Notes: generated by a model from the letters alone, not told the origin. A stretch of DNA of 62,841 bases, filler included, from Globobulimina sp. (GCA_003354225.1; 22 parts of 22 records of this genome joined end to end with filler, not necessarily neighbours in it); one strand, 5' to 3'; counted from the first letter of the whole stretch, positions 37,620 to 51,821 are shown. Numbers and translations are program-made.

Positions 37620-38849
37620 ATGATGCTGGCTGGGATCATTTGGTGGTTACTTATTGTTGCCCATAGGTTGGAAACTGCAAATCTTGAAACGCAATGTTTT
37701 GATACAGACCCATTGAAATATTGCTCAGAACTTGACACATCAGTAACAATTACACAAATCATCGATGAAATGAAGTATTTTGATAATTATTATGAATTTC
37801 TACCATACGGAGTAATATATAATGTTTCCGTCATCAATACAACAAATGATACGATAATAAGTTCAATATATATGATAGGATCAAATAAATTAACCACCAC
37901 AGCACAAATACAATGGGATATTTCTACTTTTTTTATGGATTTATTTTTGAATATAACCGATAATAAAAATATATTCGTGGATACAGAATACAGCGGATAT
38001 TTTGGACTAAAAATCTATGATTATGTGATGCGAAATAATGCACAGAAATACATGGAATATGTTACTAACATATACGACAAAGCTTCCTCGCCAATACAAG
38101 ATTGGAATGCTTTTATAAGTTTAATAAATGCAAATTCATCGCATCATAAGTTTACGATGAGTCAATATTTTGAGTTAACATTAAAAAATGCGATGTCTTC
38201 AGAGATTCAAGAGACAATCAAGGGATATTCGCAATTATTTAATTACACTGACTATCCACATACATTATGGATAAATTCATTAGAAACAACAGAATCATAT
38301 TGGGATTTATGGCTCTTTCAACAGATTATAAATCGCGACAAATTGTATAAGCAACAGTATCAAGCACTATTTCAAAAATATTTTGATTTGATGGACTCTT
38401 TACTAACTTATGCATATTGGTACCAAGACAGCAATTTATATGATACTGTATTTCGATGGAAACAGAAATCGTTTTATATATTTCAACGTTGGTTGTTTAC
38501 AGCCAAATGCGTTCAAATCGAGAGAGATAATTTTTGGATCGATAGTTTAACGCATTCTATTTTGAATAAATGCACATTGAATGCAGATTATATCGATGAT
38601 AAATGTGCGAATATTATAATTACGGAAGTGTACCATATTGAGAGAATCATTCAAAAATTAGAAGATAATATAAATGAGGTGTTAAATACAAATAAAATTA
38701 AATTTGATGTTCATAGATTAAAAATAAATTGGTTGCATCATGTGAATGAATTGAGGGATAAAGCAGCCATCGAAAGTGCAGTAAAAGAAACGGTGAGGAC
38801 TTTCGTAGAGGATTTAGAACTGTTCGTTTCTTGGCAATCACAGACATAA
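37620..38849 (+). CDS. Secreted hypothetical protein (409 aa)
   Basis: Single long ORF with a signal peptide; no family recognised. Confidence 0.6.
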   Translation: MMLAGIIWWLLIVAHRLETANLETQCFDTDPLKYCSELDTSVTITQIIDEMKYFDNYYEFLPYGVIYNVSVINTTNDTIISSIYMIGSNKLTTTAQIQWDISTFFMDLFLNITDNKNIFVDTEYSGYFGLKIYDYVMRNNAQKYMEYVTNIYDKASSPIQDWNAFISLINANSSHHKFTMSQYFELTLKNAMSSEIQETIKGYSQLFNYTDYPHTLWINSLETTESYWDLWLFQQIINRDKLYKQQYQALFQKYFDLMDSLLTYAYWYQDSNLYDTVFRWKQKSFYIFQRWLFTAKCVQIERDNFWIDSLTHSILNKCTLNADYIDDKCANIIITEVYHIERIIQKLEDNINEVLNTNKIKFDVHRLKINWLHHVNELRDKAAIESAVKETVRTFVEDLELFVSWQSQT

Positions 38850-39073
38850 ACAATTGCTTGAATGCTTGTAATCTGACATGCTATGTTTTTAGTGGCAATT
38901 TGTTCTTCTTTCGTCCTTAGAAATAATTAATTTGTTATTCCGATTACTGACATTTCAGAAAAGCAAACTAAAATCTGTGATAAATGCAAATTAAAATTTA
39001 AATAACGTAAATAAATACTGAATAATAGTAAATATTATTTAGTAGTCAACAAAAAGTCTCCACAGTCCACAAA

Positions 39074-39962
39074 TCAGCACACTCGAAACTTTGCCTCTAA
39101 ATTGGATAATTTATGTAAGGCTTCCTTTAGCACAGACTGCGAATTTCTATGTCCATTAACAATAATAATATTTGGCGATGTCTTATTATTATTTTTCTTT
39201 CCATTATTAAACATTTCTTCATGTTTTTTGTGCAAATTTTGTATTAATACTGGATTTACACTGCCTTCGCCGTCTCTGTTTCTTTTCTGTATTCGCTGAC
39301 AACAAATATCAGCATTTGCTCGCAAATACAAAATATGTTTAGGTTCCCAGTCAATCATTGAATAAAATCTTTCCAACAACGAATATTCCCATTTTGTCAT
39401 CTTGCCTGTGTCTAATAAATTTTTTGCAAAAATGGTGATTGCACTCAATGCGGATCGTTCCACAATAATTACTTTTTTCGATTCAGGAATGAAGGCATTC
39501 TCAAACAATTTCTTCTTTGGCGACGTGGGGGACATCTTTTTTGTATTCATGATATCTCCAATATTTTCTTCATCTGAGTCTTCGTCTTTGGATTCTGAAA
39601 TATTATTTTTTTTCATTTTAATTAATAAATGCTCAAATTGCTTTGACTGTAATTGCCTAAACCAGTCCATAGCTTCCATTTGGAAGCAAAAGCCCCAACG
39701 TGTTAAGTCTTGGTACAAACGAGGCAAATATTGGCCCCATACATCATTCACTGGCTCTTCAATCACTGTGAAACCACGCCTCTTTAAATTGGATAATAAT
39801 GTTGATTTTCCTGTTGTAAACAACAACGGAATCGTTATTTTTGTCCGACAGCAAATATAAAAAAAAAAGTCATTTGGATAAAAGATATTATGTATAAACC
39901 TGAGCCGATGTTTCCTTCGACGCATAAAACATATGGTAATACTTTCTTTTGTTTAAGAAGAA
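39074..39962 (-). CDS. Deoxynucleoside kinase, one intron, 5' partial
   Basis: CVEGNIGS|GKST P-loop across the intron, EPV..W, FQ, IVERS, YLRA and RIQKRNRDGE. Confidence 0.9.
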
Positions 39963-40062
39963 NNNNNNNNNNNNNNNNNNNNNNNNNNNNNNNNNNNNNN
40001 NNNNNNTTAATTAATTAANNNNNNNNNNNNNNNNNNNNNNNNNNNNNNNNNNNNNNNNNNNN

Positions 40063-41536
40063 ATATTGTATCCAACCAATCTCCGCGAACTTGATGGCCC
40101 TCCGCCTGATAGGCATAGGTCGTCCATCCATGAGAGTTAGTACTTGGCAGCGTTGAATTAAGCATTTGAAAATGATGTAAATGGACATGGAACGGATGCA
40201 ATAACCGCTGGTTTGCCACATAAGAGGTGGTCGGTTGCCATGTATTGATTGTGTTCAATGCGATTCTCTGCAAATAGGAAGTTTCATTCATCATAGCTTG
40301 GCCAGCTATGCTAGCTCCGGTGACCAATAAGTTTTGCCAATATGCAATTTGATTATTTCCTGTTCTGTCGGGATATAATTGATCCTCTAAAGCACCATCA
40401 TAATGCAACAAATTATCGTGTAAATAAATGGGCCGAATGGGAGTAAATGGAGTTAACTCAGAAAGGGGCTCCGTTGCACTGCCAACCACGTCAAGTATGG
40501 CAATAACTTTTCTGCCTCCATTTGTATCATAGGTCCAAAAATCATACGATCCAAAAGGACACGACACCGCTACGTCAGCTCGACCTCCATGAGGCAAAAA
40601 AACAGCATTTGTAACAAGTCGTGGCATATCCTCATCATTCTCGCCGTGCACTATGACGCCATCTCTGGCCAATAAATATATGGTACACTCACCGTCGGCA
40701 ATATAATAAGTGGGCGGCAACTCAGTGGTTTCAATCACAGCAAATCTAAATTTCAGCCATGTTCCAGCTGTCATACATACAGTTGGCAGATATTGCCCGT
40801 TTACAAAATAAGTGTCGATGTCGCCGGGAGGTCCTCGAGAGGGTCGAGTGTAATCCCACACATAATCCCAAGTCCTATTCAGCATTATCGTGTATTTCAG
40901 GAAATGAATGTGTGTGACAAAGAATATCATCTCTTCCATATTGCAGTACCAATCCGGCAGTCCTTCCATTTCTGCGTCGTCTTCGATGATCAGTGCGCCG
41001 GAGGCACCCGCTGCGACCTGCAAATGAGTGGATCCGTGGTGGTGCGGATGCCACCAAAATGTACCTCCGGAATGATCGCAAGGAAAATTATAAATATAAG
41101 TATGTTGCTCGCCAGGCCCTATTTTTACGAAGACCGAATCTCCGGCGCTCGTACCGCTGATATGACATCCGTGGGTATGGATATTTGTGGTGTTTGGGTC
41201 TTTCCACACATTCATTCTTGTCGGATTGTGCGGTGATTCTGGGCCCAAATTATTTATTACAGTCACTTGGTACTGATTGCCCCGTTCAAATCGCACAGTT
41301 TGGGATGGGAATGAATCATTGAATAAGCGGGTGGTTATTTGCGCATTGATATTGGATGCTGGCCACGATTTGGTGGATACATCGAAGACGAATGTGGTGG
41401 CATACACATTTGCTGATATTGTGGTCCATTCAATATCATTGCCAGTGGCTCCATGTCGAATTGCTTGAGACTCTGTTAAACATAAACAGCGCAAAAGACC
41501 AATATTATGGACCACACAAAACAGAAACAACAACAT
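40063..41536 (-). CDS. Secreted three-domain multicopper oxidase, 3' partial
   Basis: Copper ligands NIHTHG, WWHPHHHGS and HPFHVHLHHF; signal peptide; no intron in the visible part. Confidence 0.9.
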
Positions 41537-41673
41537 TTAGTTAGTGTCGCAGAAACGAAAAAAAAAATATTCAGTTGTTATAATTTTATTTTTTGATGTT
41601 GACTACAGTTCAATATTAAACAGGTTTTAATTAATACGCGTTTGAAAGATGAGAAGAAAAGGCAATTGAAAGA

Positions 41674-42822
41674 CTATATCCAACGACCAATCAAAAGATG
41701 CGACCTATCATAGAGCAAATGCTGCAAAGCTTGCGTAAAAGGTTGAAATATATCGGCCATTGACTCAATAAAATAATGCGTTGGTTTATGCGTATATCCA
41801 GCATGGTTTTTATTTTCTATATTTTCCTCAATCTGAACATATTTGCAATGATTACCATTTGTTAACCAACATTTGATTTGATTCGATGACAATGAAATAT
41901 TATCAAACAAATATTCAAATTGAATTATTTTAAAATTATTGCCATATAATTTATTATCATCGTATGCATTTATCCAAAATAATACATTTATAAAAGACAT
42001 TGGAAACCACATAAATGCGTTCAATCGAAGTTTAATTAAAATATCTTTGGGATCAACGAATCTTAATTTTAAATATAATCCCATCAATTTTATGTATTCT
42101 CTGTTCATTTTCAAATATCTTCCATTCTCCGACAATTCCGACAATTTATTCCATTTTATATTGATTTCAACACAAAAATCTCTCAAAGTATTAAAGGTTT
42201 GCGAATTGAGAAACGAATCCAATATATATTGCTCAATGACATCCATATTTGTTTCGAAGTTGTCACCATTTTTATCTTTAATTCTGCCAAAAGCCCAATA
42301 ATTTGACCAAATGTGATTGATGGGATTGCGTACAATGCCAATTACTTTTATCTTTGGCACCAATGTCGAAAATATTGCAGCAACCCATGGCGAGTTTATA
42401 TAACTTGGTCCTTTTTCCATTAAATAGCAATATTCCATGTCAGTATTGCTTGCATTTATTGCCATAGAATAATAACGAGGATGGACGCATGTTTTATTTT
42501 TATTTTCAATCACTTTCATAGTACGCGTATTCAACCACAATTGTTTGTATTTGTGTACTTGACATCGTGTATTATTTGCATGCTTTGTGATATTTGGAAC
42601 CATATACGATAACTTAATTTCGTTCTGGATGAATTTGTCAATGAACCACAACCATTCCGCATCGGAATACCATGGCCGACATTTATATGTCACCGAACCG
42701 GACCAAAAATGTCTCTCACTTTGATATTGTACCATATTGTCAAATAATTCCAGTGAGTCAATTAATGATCGAGTACCAGTCTTTGCTGCGCCTAAAATCA
42801 CTAACGATGGGATTTCCAATTC
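41674..42822 (-). CDS. Sulfotransferase (heparan-sulfate OST-like), 5' partial
   Basis: 5'PSB GAAKTGTRSL, ERHFW, EKGPSY and 3'PB IVRNPI..IWS.Y. Confidence 0.85.
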   Translation of the reverse strand, partial: ELEIPSLVILGAAKTGTRSLIDSLELFDNMVQYQSERHFWSGSVTYKCRPWYSDAEWLWFIDKFIQNEIKLSYMVPNITKHANNTRCQVHKYKQLWLNTRTMKVIENKNKTCVHPRYYSMAINASNTDMEYCYLMEKGPSYINSPWVAAIFSTLVPKIKVIGIVRNPINHIWSNYWAFGRIKDKNGDNFETNMDVIEQYILDSFLNSQTFNTLRDFCVEINIKWNKLSELSENGRYLKMNREYIKLMGLYLKLRFVDPKDILIKLRLNAFMWFPMSFINVLFWINAYDDNKLYGNNFKIIQFEYLFDNISLSSNQIKCWLTNGNHCKYVQIEENIENKNHAGYTHKPTHYFIESMADIFQPFTQALQHLLYDRSHLLIGRWI

Positions 42823-42922
42823 NNNNNNNNNNNNNNNNNNNNNNNNNNNNNNNNNNNNNNNNNNNNTTAATTAATTAANNNNNNNNNNNNNNNNNNNNNN
42901 NNNNNNNNNNNNNNNNNNNNNN

Positions 42923-45378
42923 TTTTTGTTGATTATCTCGATTTTGTTGATCCTGATCCGATGGCATTGATATTGTGGGAACTTCCAATGGCATAAACTG
43001 AGCATTTTGCTCTTCATAACTTGAATCCGTTGAAATTGACGAAAAACTACATTCCGAATCAGACTCACTTTCTTGTGGAATATGTTTATCATTTCCTGTT
43101 TTTCTGCCCATTTCGGTTTCGGTTACAAACAAATTTGTATCTGAAATATTAATAATATTTAACAGTTCTTCTGCGGATATTGACTGTTTTGACTTTTTTA
43201 TATTGACTGTTAAATCTGGCGCGGTTTTATATTTTTGCAACTCTATGACAAGAAAAGCAAAATGGTTAATTATATTGAAAAGAAATGCAATTCTTTTAAC
43301 TTGGAATGGATAATTTATTATGTTTCTCGCCGTGTGCCACAACCAAAACATTTCGAACTTCACTGTTTGTTCGAATTTTAAACTTAGCGATGCGAGATCG
43401 CAGTGTTGATTTTCGGAATAAAGTTTGTTGGGATTTGTGGTTGTCAGTAACCTCTGAGTCATTGCTATGGACAGAAACATTGCTTGAAACATTCCCCAAA
43501 TTCAATCCAACATTATTTAGTCCAAGATCTTCATTGTCAGATTCTGGCGGAATGGCTGAAGTGTCAAAATAAGGCAATGTTGTGGTTGGTAGATGCATTG
43601 GTTTGGCTGCTCTGTTTCTTGTGTTGTCAAATAAATGTATGCTGGAATCGTAGGTATGATCCAAATGTCGGAGGGCCACAGAATGCGACAATGGCGATTT
43701 ATTAGACATTGAATGGCCAAACACACTCTCTTCCAGTTCCATGCCTTCATTATATTGCAATTGAGTGAGTTTGACACAGTGTTTCACCTTTTTTTTATAT
43801 GCTGCTTTGACATATTTTTTTATGTGCTGCCATTTGGAATGGGCAGATTTCGGATAATATAAATCTAAGATTTGCTTAATATCATCAATGGAAATGGAAT
43901 AAAATTCACTCCAAGTCTCGCATTCAATTTTTGATTTTCGTTTTTTAAATAAAATGGAGGAATATTCGCCACAGACACTGCCACGACATAATTGCTCCAA
44001 AACCTGACCGTTTTTGTCATACAATGTGGATTTGCCAGTCCTTTGGATGTAGAATTCTTTGGCAATGTCGCCGACATCATACAATTTAAATGATTGGTTG
44101 CAAGAAATGGATTTGGTTTTAATCGCAATTAAACCGATAATGAATTCTGGTAAATGGATGTATTCATTTTGAAAGATTGGTAATTGCAATAAAAACTGTT
44201 TGGAGACATATGAATGAATATCATTCTGCAAATATGAGGGTAATAGGTTTAATATCTCTGCTTCGTCGAAGACATAATTATACCTGAAATGGTACCGAAT
44301 ATGTGTTAAAATGGCGTGTGTTAATTCTTTTGGTAACTTTTTTTTCTCACAAAACGACTGTGCTTCTTCCAACTTATCCGATTCGTATGACTTTATTTTG
44401 TCTCCTTCGGTTATCAAAACAGTTAATGTCCCCACAAAATACGCAAAGAAGCAGGTTCCGATCAGGATACAGATGGAGCAGACCCACTGTTCACTGGTAT
44501 TTGTCGCAACTATGTCGCCGTAACCTGTGGTAAACCTGTGACAGATACAAATATATATTATAATAAAATAAATAAATAAATAATTAATAGCTTAACAATG
44601 TGACTACAGCCCAGTACCAGGCATACGAATATTTTGTAAACGTTTCTATTTCATCTCCTCTTAAATCTATTTTGTCAATCCACGAAGGAGACGTTTTGGA
44701 GCCAACAAACCACCAAAGACACGCCGCAAAATGAGCAAACATCAACATTCCACAAATAACTTTAAATAACTTCATCAATACAAGCACTTCTCGAACAATA
44801 AATTGCTTCATAAAACCATCGAATATGCGAAGCATTTTAAAAAATCTCAATATTTTGATAATTCGTAATAATCTGAAAAGGCGTAATATTTTGATATATG
44901 TGAGAACATTTGGCGTATTGCCCTGACCGCTGTCAATTATTTCCAATGGAATACAGGTTACAAAATCGATTAAGAACCAAGTTCTAAAATATTTCTTGCA
45001 GATATATTTTTTATTTGTAACCAATCGCAAACCATCATATTTATCGAAATATGCAGTATGGAAATTCAAAAATATATCTATTAATAAGAAAATGTCTACA
45101 CATAAACTGATATATAATGTGGTGGAGGATTGACCGAAAGAGATAGTAAATGGTATTTCAATCGATGTATAAATAATGAGTAACATTACAAACATGTCCC
45201 AGCAGCATCGGAAAGGACCAACCGGATGGAATATTAATGAGGACGATAATCTACATAAAAAACAACAACATCTCTCCAATTTGCTTCTATCCGGATTGGA
45301 TGGCGTTTTTCTACGAATAGTTGATGCTGAAAAATGTGAATATTCGTGTAATCCGTGGTAGTTGGGCTTGACAGACAT
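42923..45378 (-). CDS. Cyclic-nucleotide-binding-domain K+ channel (KCNH/HCN/AKT-like), multi-exon, 3' partial
   Basis: WD..., FHTAY, YFRTWFLIDF, S4 LRLFRLLRIIKILR, pore TL|FTTGYGDI and a C-terminal CNBD. Confidence 0.9.
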
Positions 45379-45425
45379 GCTTCTGTTCAAGTTTTTTTTT
45401 ATTAAGAAAACCCTTTGGAATACTA

Positions 45426-45682
45426 ATGAGAATATGCCACTTGACTACATGGATAATTTTATATTTTTCCATATCAAACAGCGTAGAATTATTTGAAACA
45501 GATAGTAGTATCTCTCAAAGAGTGTGGAATTCAATGGAACCACAGGTAATAAACGACCTACAATATCTGAAATCATTGGCAACATCTACTGAATGCAAAC
45601 AAAAGATTGAGGACACATACATTGAACACGTATCATATTCAGTGGTTCGCAAAGACGATTCCTATTCTTTTGCTCTTCAAAT
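45426..45682 (+). CDS. Secreted hypothetical protein, 5' fragment
   Basis: ATG, signal peptide and open frame to the contig end. Confidence 0.5.
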
Positions 45683-45782
45683 NNNNNNNNNNNNNNNNNN
45701 NNNNNNNNNNNNNNNNNNNNNNNNNNTTAATTAATTAANNNNNNNNNNNNNNNNNNNNNNNNNNNNNNNNNNNNNNNNNNNN

Positions 45783-47049
45783 ATGGTGGTATAATAGATG
45801 GTACTAACCATTCCTATCATGGTTATTATCTTGGAGCTGGAGGTGGAATCTCTGGGCCTTTATTGTCCTTCCGAGAGAATTATGAGATTGAACGCATGTT
45901 TGATTGCAACCCATACAATTCCTCCGTTGATATAACATATACCGTTTATTATTGTAATTGTGATAATGCAGTCAATGATTATGTAGAATTGTCTGTCAAT
46001 GATAATATAGCACAGACAACAGATGCATCATCGGGTATTTTTATGGGTTCTGCAATTGATGGATTATTAGCTTGTGATTGGTATAGTAAATCATCTGGGA
46101 TTGTATCAATACCATTGGTCATTGTTGACAATTTATTTAAAATTCATTTTAAAATCTCTTTAAATTATCAGGGCGAAACCATTGCATTGAGTAATATTCA
46201 AATAATATGTCATCCATTGTAACTCTTTCACCGACCACCCCAATACCAACAGGTATTATTTGTATTTTGTGGTAAATATACTGTGTACTGTACATTTTCT
46301 GTTCTTTAATGATAGTGACACCGACATATCCCACAATGGAGCCAACATTTTATCCCACAATGAACCCCACATTTTATCCCACAATGAACCCCACATTTTA
46401 TCCCACAATAAACCCAACATTTGGTCCTACGTCTCACCCAACCAAACGCCCAACAACTTCCGCGCCAACATCTGAACCAACAAAGACTCCATCTCATTTA
46501 GCAACTGATCCACCATCATATTTGCCGACAATATACAGTGATAAAGAGGTCGATAATCAACCTGTAACAACTACATATAATCATGATTATGATGGCGATA
46601 ACAAACAATCATCAAAAAACAATAACAATTTATTGCTCATTGTCATTTTAATTGTAATTTGTCTATGTATTGGAGGCGTTTTTTTATGTTTCATGCTAAA
46701 AAGAAGACAAAATAATTTAAAACAATCAAATGATACAAAAGCAATGTCTGAGCTTGTAACGGCAACACAAAGTAAAAGTGCATTGGATCATGTTCAAATT
46801 GTTCCTGTTGCATCAGCATCAGACAATGAACCAGTTAATGGCGTAAATATAGAAACACCGGGGAACAACATTGGAAATAATGCAACGAATAGAGGAGAAT
46901 CAGGAGATAATGAAAATGAAAATGAAAATGGCACGATCGCGAATGAGGAAGGTACAGGAACAGAATTCGCTGATTTTGAGATCATTGGTGATGATGATCA
47001 AGTCACCATAGGACAACAAACCGATTATATAAATAAAACAAAATATTGA
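45783..47049 (+). CDS. Type I membrane protein with PT-rich mucin-like stalk, 5' partial
   Basis: (PTMNPTFY)n repeat, a single TM segment LLLIVILIVICLCIGGVFLCFML, and an intron near 46253-46315. Confidence 0.7.
46326..46420 (+). repeat. 24-bp coding tandem repeat (about four copies)
   Basis: TATCCCACAATGAACCCCACATTT unit encoding YPTMNPTF. Confidence 0.9.
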
Positions 47050-47345
47050 TCCTTTTAAGAGCCTTTTCCAAAATTTGACTTAATTTGTTCATTTAGTTAT
47101 CTTGCAATTGGATTGCAAACTAAACAAAGTTTAATTCCACGACAATAATTGTTAAAAAATTGGTGCGAGAAATTCTTGATAAGCAAGCCACAAAACTTTT
47201 TTTTTTTGAAGAAATCTTCTCATCTTTTATCCTTACATCATCCTCGTCGAAAGTCCACCAACTCAAAAATACGCACTATTTTTGCACGCTAATATCTAAA
47301 AAAAAACGAGATCGATATAAATAGCCATCAATCAAACACAGCACC

Positions 47346-48542
47346 ATGACAGACAACGACGTAACAATGTCAGACTCGGATGAAGATTACGATGAAGTTC
47401 TCAAGACCGATCACGACGAAAACACTGACAACCAATTGGAAGAAGACAACCTATACGGCGACGAAGACGACGCTGATATCGATGGTTGGGGCGACGAAGA
47501 TGATGCCGATGTGGATGGTTGGGGCGATGACGCAGACATTGCAGACATCAACGGAGATGGAGCCATAATGAGCGGTGCTAAGCTATCTCAATTCGAAGCG
47601 ACCATTCCCGACATCACATACAAATCCATCCACAGCAACTGCGACGAAATCCATATCATCCCCTTATTCGCAGCCACACCCGATCTAAAATCGCGCAGTC
47701 GCATTGGTGCCATGGTGGCGATTCGCGTGGCCAACCTGACCAATATCACGACGGATCAGTTGGAAGTATGGGGGCTGACGCCTGCGTTCCCATTCATAGC
47801 GTTGAAGTTCGAGTTTGGACCGTTTTATTTGAACGAAGCCAAACTGCCCAAAGTGGAGGTTGGAATGTGTAAAACTTTGAGTCCCGACGAGAAGTTGCAT
47901 GCATTTCGCTTATCGTGGACCATTGAGGAGAGGTTAAACAATGCAAAGCTAACCAATAAAGAATGGCCGCCCAAAGGCATCAATATGAAGGACATCCCGC
48001 AGGCGGCCAAGGTCAATGACTTAATGGAGTCGTCGGCCAAAGAGTATGCTCTGTGTTTGGAGGCATTGCGCAAATACAAAGGCGACGAACAGCAGGCTCT
48101 GAGTGCCTTATTGGACGAAAACGAGGCTCATAATTTGGCGAAAAAGTTGCCTCCGTTGCATAGTTATGTGATATTGCGCTTTTGCGCGCTTTTTGTTTGA
48201 AATTATGTGCATTTTAACCCGAAAACACATAAAACATAGGTTGCGAGGCCGAATTTGGAGATATTATGAGCAAAATATCTCGAAAACCCGAGGAAAAGTC
48301 ATACGATAACAGCCAGAAAAAGTCAATGAGAGATGAATATAAATCCGCTGGCGATGAGAGCAAAATCCATCAACTCTGCGAAATGTATAACATTCCATAC
48401 CCTGCCGCTTCGTTGGCGTTTTCGGCCTTAGGCTATGACGAAGCCGTCGACAAATTGTCGGATGTCTCCATTCGCCAACAATACCTCGACATATCCGACC
48501 ACCGCATCACACACAACAACACCGCAAAGAAGAAGGACGAAC
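47346..48542 (+). CDS. Acidic N-terminus + UBA-like protein, possibly PARP6/8-like, 3' partial
   Basis: VWGL...IALKFEF..YL...PKVEV...F.L resembles the PARP6/8 pre-catalytic region, and ALRKYKGDEQQALSALL is UBA-like. No catalytic domain lies within the contig. Confidence 0.45.
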
Positions 48543-49181
48543 NNNNNNNNNNNNNNNNNNNNNNNNNNNNNNNNNNNNNNNNNNNNTTAATTAATTAANN
48601 NNNNNNNNNNNNNNNNNNNNNNNNNNNNNNNNNNNNNNNNNNAATGATCTTGTTTTAAACGAAAATGAATCGGGATTTGCTATAAATGGAATAACAAATG
48701 GACAGCAATCACTTACTTACAGCAAAAAACCATTAATTGAATCGGAAAAACATGGATTTGACAAAAAATTATATTCTGCAAACAAACAACATATATTATT
48801 TTCTCATTCATCGCATATTGATACAGAAGAAAAGGAATTGAAAACTCAAAAACAATCCAGAACTGCAAAAATAAAAAATAAGTTATCCCATCTAATCAAG
48901 CGCAAAAATAAAAAAAGCACAATGTAGACTTGTTCATGTTTGTTATTATATAATTAAATATTTGATCGATACAGTTGTGCTGTTTTGTTGCATCATGAAT
49001 GATAATAATAATATATCAAACCAACTTCAATCATCAGATAATAATCCGCAACAAAGTAGAGCTCGAGAAATAACAGAGATCCTAAATTTCTGTTATTTTA
49101 AAGCTGTGTTTTTAAAAATTTTATTCTTTGGTTTCTTTCGCAGTGCAGCGGGTCTGTGAGTCTGACAAGCTCTTGCAGTGT

Positions 49182-50195
49182 ATGGCAGAGGCAGAGCAAC
49201 CAGAATTAAAAACAGATGAAAGAAGCAGGTTGCTAGATGATTACAAATCAAATTACAGCGATCTGCCTCAACTGAGAGCACAAAATGTATTATATATATA
49301 TATATATACATAACATTGCATTGCGACTATACATATTAATTGCATTTAGGTGTCGTTAATGAATTACCCATCGCATTCAGTAACAAACTTATTTTCTCAG
49401 TCACAGTCACAGTCACAGAATTCGAACATAATCGTATCCACACCATTGGATAAATCATTCATGATTCAATATAAAGCAATTTTGTTATGGACTCGCTTAA
49501 TAATCGCATATTTTACATTTTTATTTTTTATATCTATATTTGGCATTATTTTGCATTTTATCCCACTTTTACATTTATTAATTAGTTTTGCTGTTTTACT
49601 TATTTTATCCTGCAGCGGATCACTATGTGCAATGAAATTAATTTATGATTGGTTTCTTGTTGAAGAACAAACATTTTCTGATTTAAAAATAGAAACAGAA
49701 AAACTGGAAAAGGAGAGAGAATTGCTACAGAATCAACGACATGATTTGAAATATAATGTGGAAGCATTGCAATTACAAATTAATAACTTAGGTTTTTGTG
49801 TGGTGGAAACTGAAAATGAATTAAAATGTTATAATGAGTTAAAATTAGCATTAATTGAAAAAGCAAATAAATCGGAAACAATTCAAGATACATTAGATAC
49901 ATTTATCTCAATTATAAATGGCGTTAAATTTTTACAGGCAGAAAATACAAAAGCTGTCATATTATCCAAATATTATGACACAGCATTTAAGGAGCACGAA
50001 AGTTATGCACTTACACGTGACGAATATAACAAATTTCTAAAAAGATTAGACTTTGGAACACGCGCTATCTTTGAAAAAGATATTGGTGGCTTTCGCAAAT
50101 ATGATCAAAATCAAAATGGTGTCATTGAACTAAATGAATTTATGTTTATGTTGGAGGAGGCGATGAATGAATTGCAACAACAAGAATTAAATTAA
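49182..50195 (+). CDS. Two-TM + coiled-coil + EF-hand protein, one intron (49287-49349)
   Basis: MAEAEQP...RAQN|VSLM splice is in frame; EF-hand DQNQNGVIELNEF. Confidence 0.72.
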
Positions 50196-50290
50196 AAATG
50201 TAACACTTAAAAGGCTAACTTTTATATACTGTAAGTAACTGAAAAAACCCCTCACTTCAGTTCTGAGTTCTGAGTTCTCAGTTTAACATA

Positions 50291-51402
50291 ATGGGTCTCA
50301 CAGAAAGTAACGATTTGATGGAAGAACATTGGATTAATGAAGATCTTGATTTTGAAGACAGAGCCGGAGGACAAGAAGAAGAAAAAGAAAAAGAAAAAAA
50401 AGACGAAGAGGAAGAGGAAGAGAAAGAGAAAAAATTAAATGAAGATGAATTAAATGAGGAGAAAATGTGGATTGATGCCATATCGCAAGAGCCAAAGTCA
50501 TCCCATTTGCGTAATCAATTGGCAAACCATTATTTCTCACAAAATCGATTAAAAGAAGCTGAATTTGCTTATAAAGCGGCCATAAATTTCGATGCAAAAA
50601 ATACAATTGCGCACTACGACTATGCCTTTATGCGACATCATCAATTTTATTGGTCCTTAGCGCAACTAAATATTGCTGATTCCTATAGATATGGCATGGA
50701 GGCAAAGACGCATTATGGGCATGTATTGAAATTGGAGGAAAATGACATTGAAACGCATTATCAATTATCTTTATTATATTTAACAATGTTGGAGAGCACA
50801 TTAATTGAATCAATTGATAACATACAGTCGCCGCTGGCCGTTACTTGTGTGCAATATTTGGAGAATAATAATCGTAATAATACTAATTATAATAAGGTTG
50901 CAATTGAAAACTATCCCGTTGGGAGAGGTATAAATAGTCCATGGCATAGAGACCGCATTGAAATCTTTCAACTATGTGTCCGACATTTGGAAATTACAAT
51001 GGATTCATGTTCAGAAATCGATCCAGTTTTATTTGGTACATATATTACATTATCACGTTTGTTATATATTCAATGTATACCAAACTGTTTCATATATTTT
51101 ACATTAACCAACGAGGATAAGCAAAATAAATTAAATTCGGGAATAAAATATTTAAAATATGCATTACAAATAAATGAGAATGATGCCACATTGCATCATG
51201 ATTTAGGTTTATTATTAAGTCATGAATTGATTTGTAAATATAATGATGCCATTTATCATTGGTTAATTGCATACAAATTAGATAATAATAACTCTATTTA
51301 TACTCAACAGATTGGTTATATTTATCAATATTTTACCATTAATTATAAGAAAGCAATCAAATATTACAATTTGTCGTTATCCATCAAATCAAACCAAAGT
51401 CA
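50291..51402 (+). CDS. TPR-repeat protein, 3' partial
   Basis: Helical repeats LANHYF..RLKEAEFAYKAAI, HHDLGLLL..AIYHW and IGYIY..YKKAIKYYNLSL. Confidence 0.8.
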
Positions 51403-51821
51403 NNNNNNNNNNNNNNNNNNNNNNNNNNNNNNNNNNNNNNNNNNNNTTAATTAATTAANNNNNNNNNNNNNNNNNNNNNNNNNNNNNNNNNNNNNNNNNN
51501 NNGGTTAATCCATTTGGTATATAAATTTGAATATATTATGTGTTGTGAATATACTGTGAGTTCTGGATTCAGTCATTGTGCAAGTAATATGAATATATAA
51601 TATGGATTTTTTTGTATTCGAAGTATCTATTTAAAATAAAAAACGTTCACACCAAAAGATCAAAAAAAACGTCAATAATTCCAGGATTATGGTACTAAAA
51701 TGTAAGGTTTTGTGCTTTTCTGAATGGTTCAAAGTTCAAACCAATACAAACCAAACATTATTGAAATAAAAAAAGTTATGCAATCAACTCAAATAAAAAA
51801 TTAAGTTGCACTGTACGGATA

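Noticed and set aside
40063-41536. Copper nitrite reductase (NirK) for eukaryotic denitrification
   Set aside because: The HxHG, HPH and HPxHxH ligand pattern and length fit a three-domain multicopper oxidase, not two-domain NirK.
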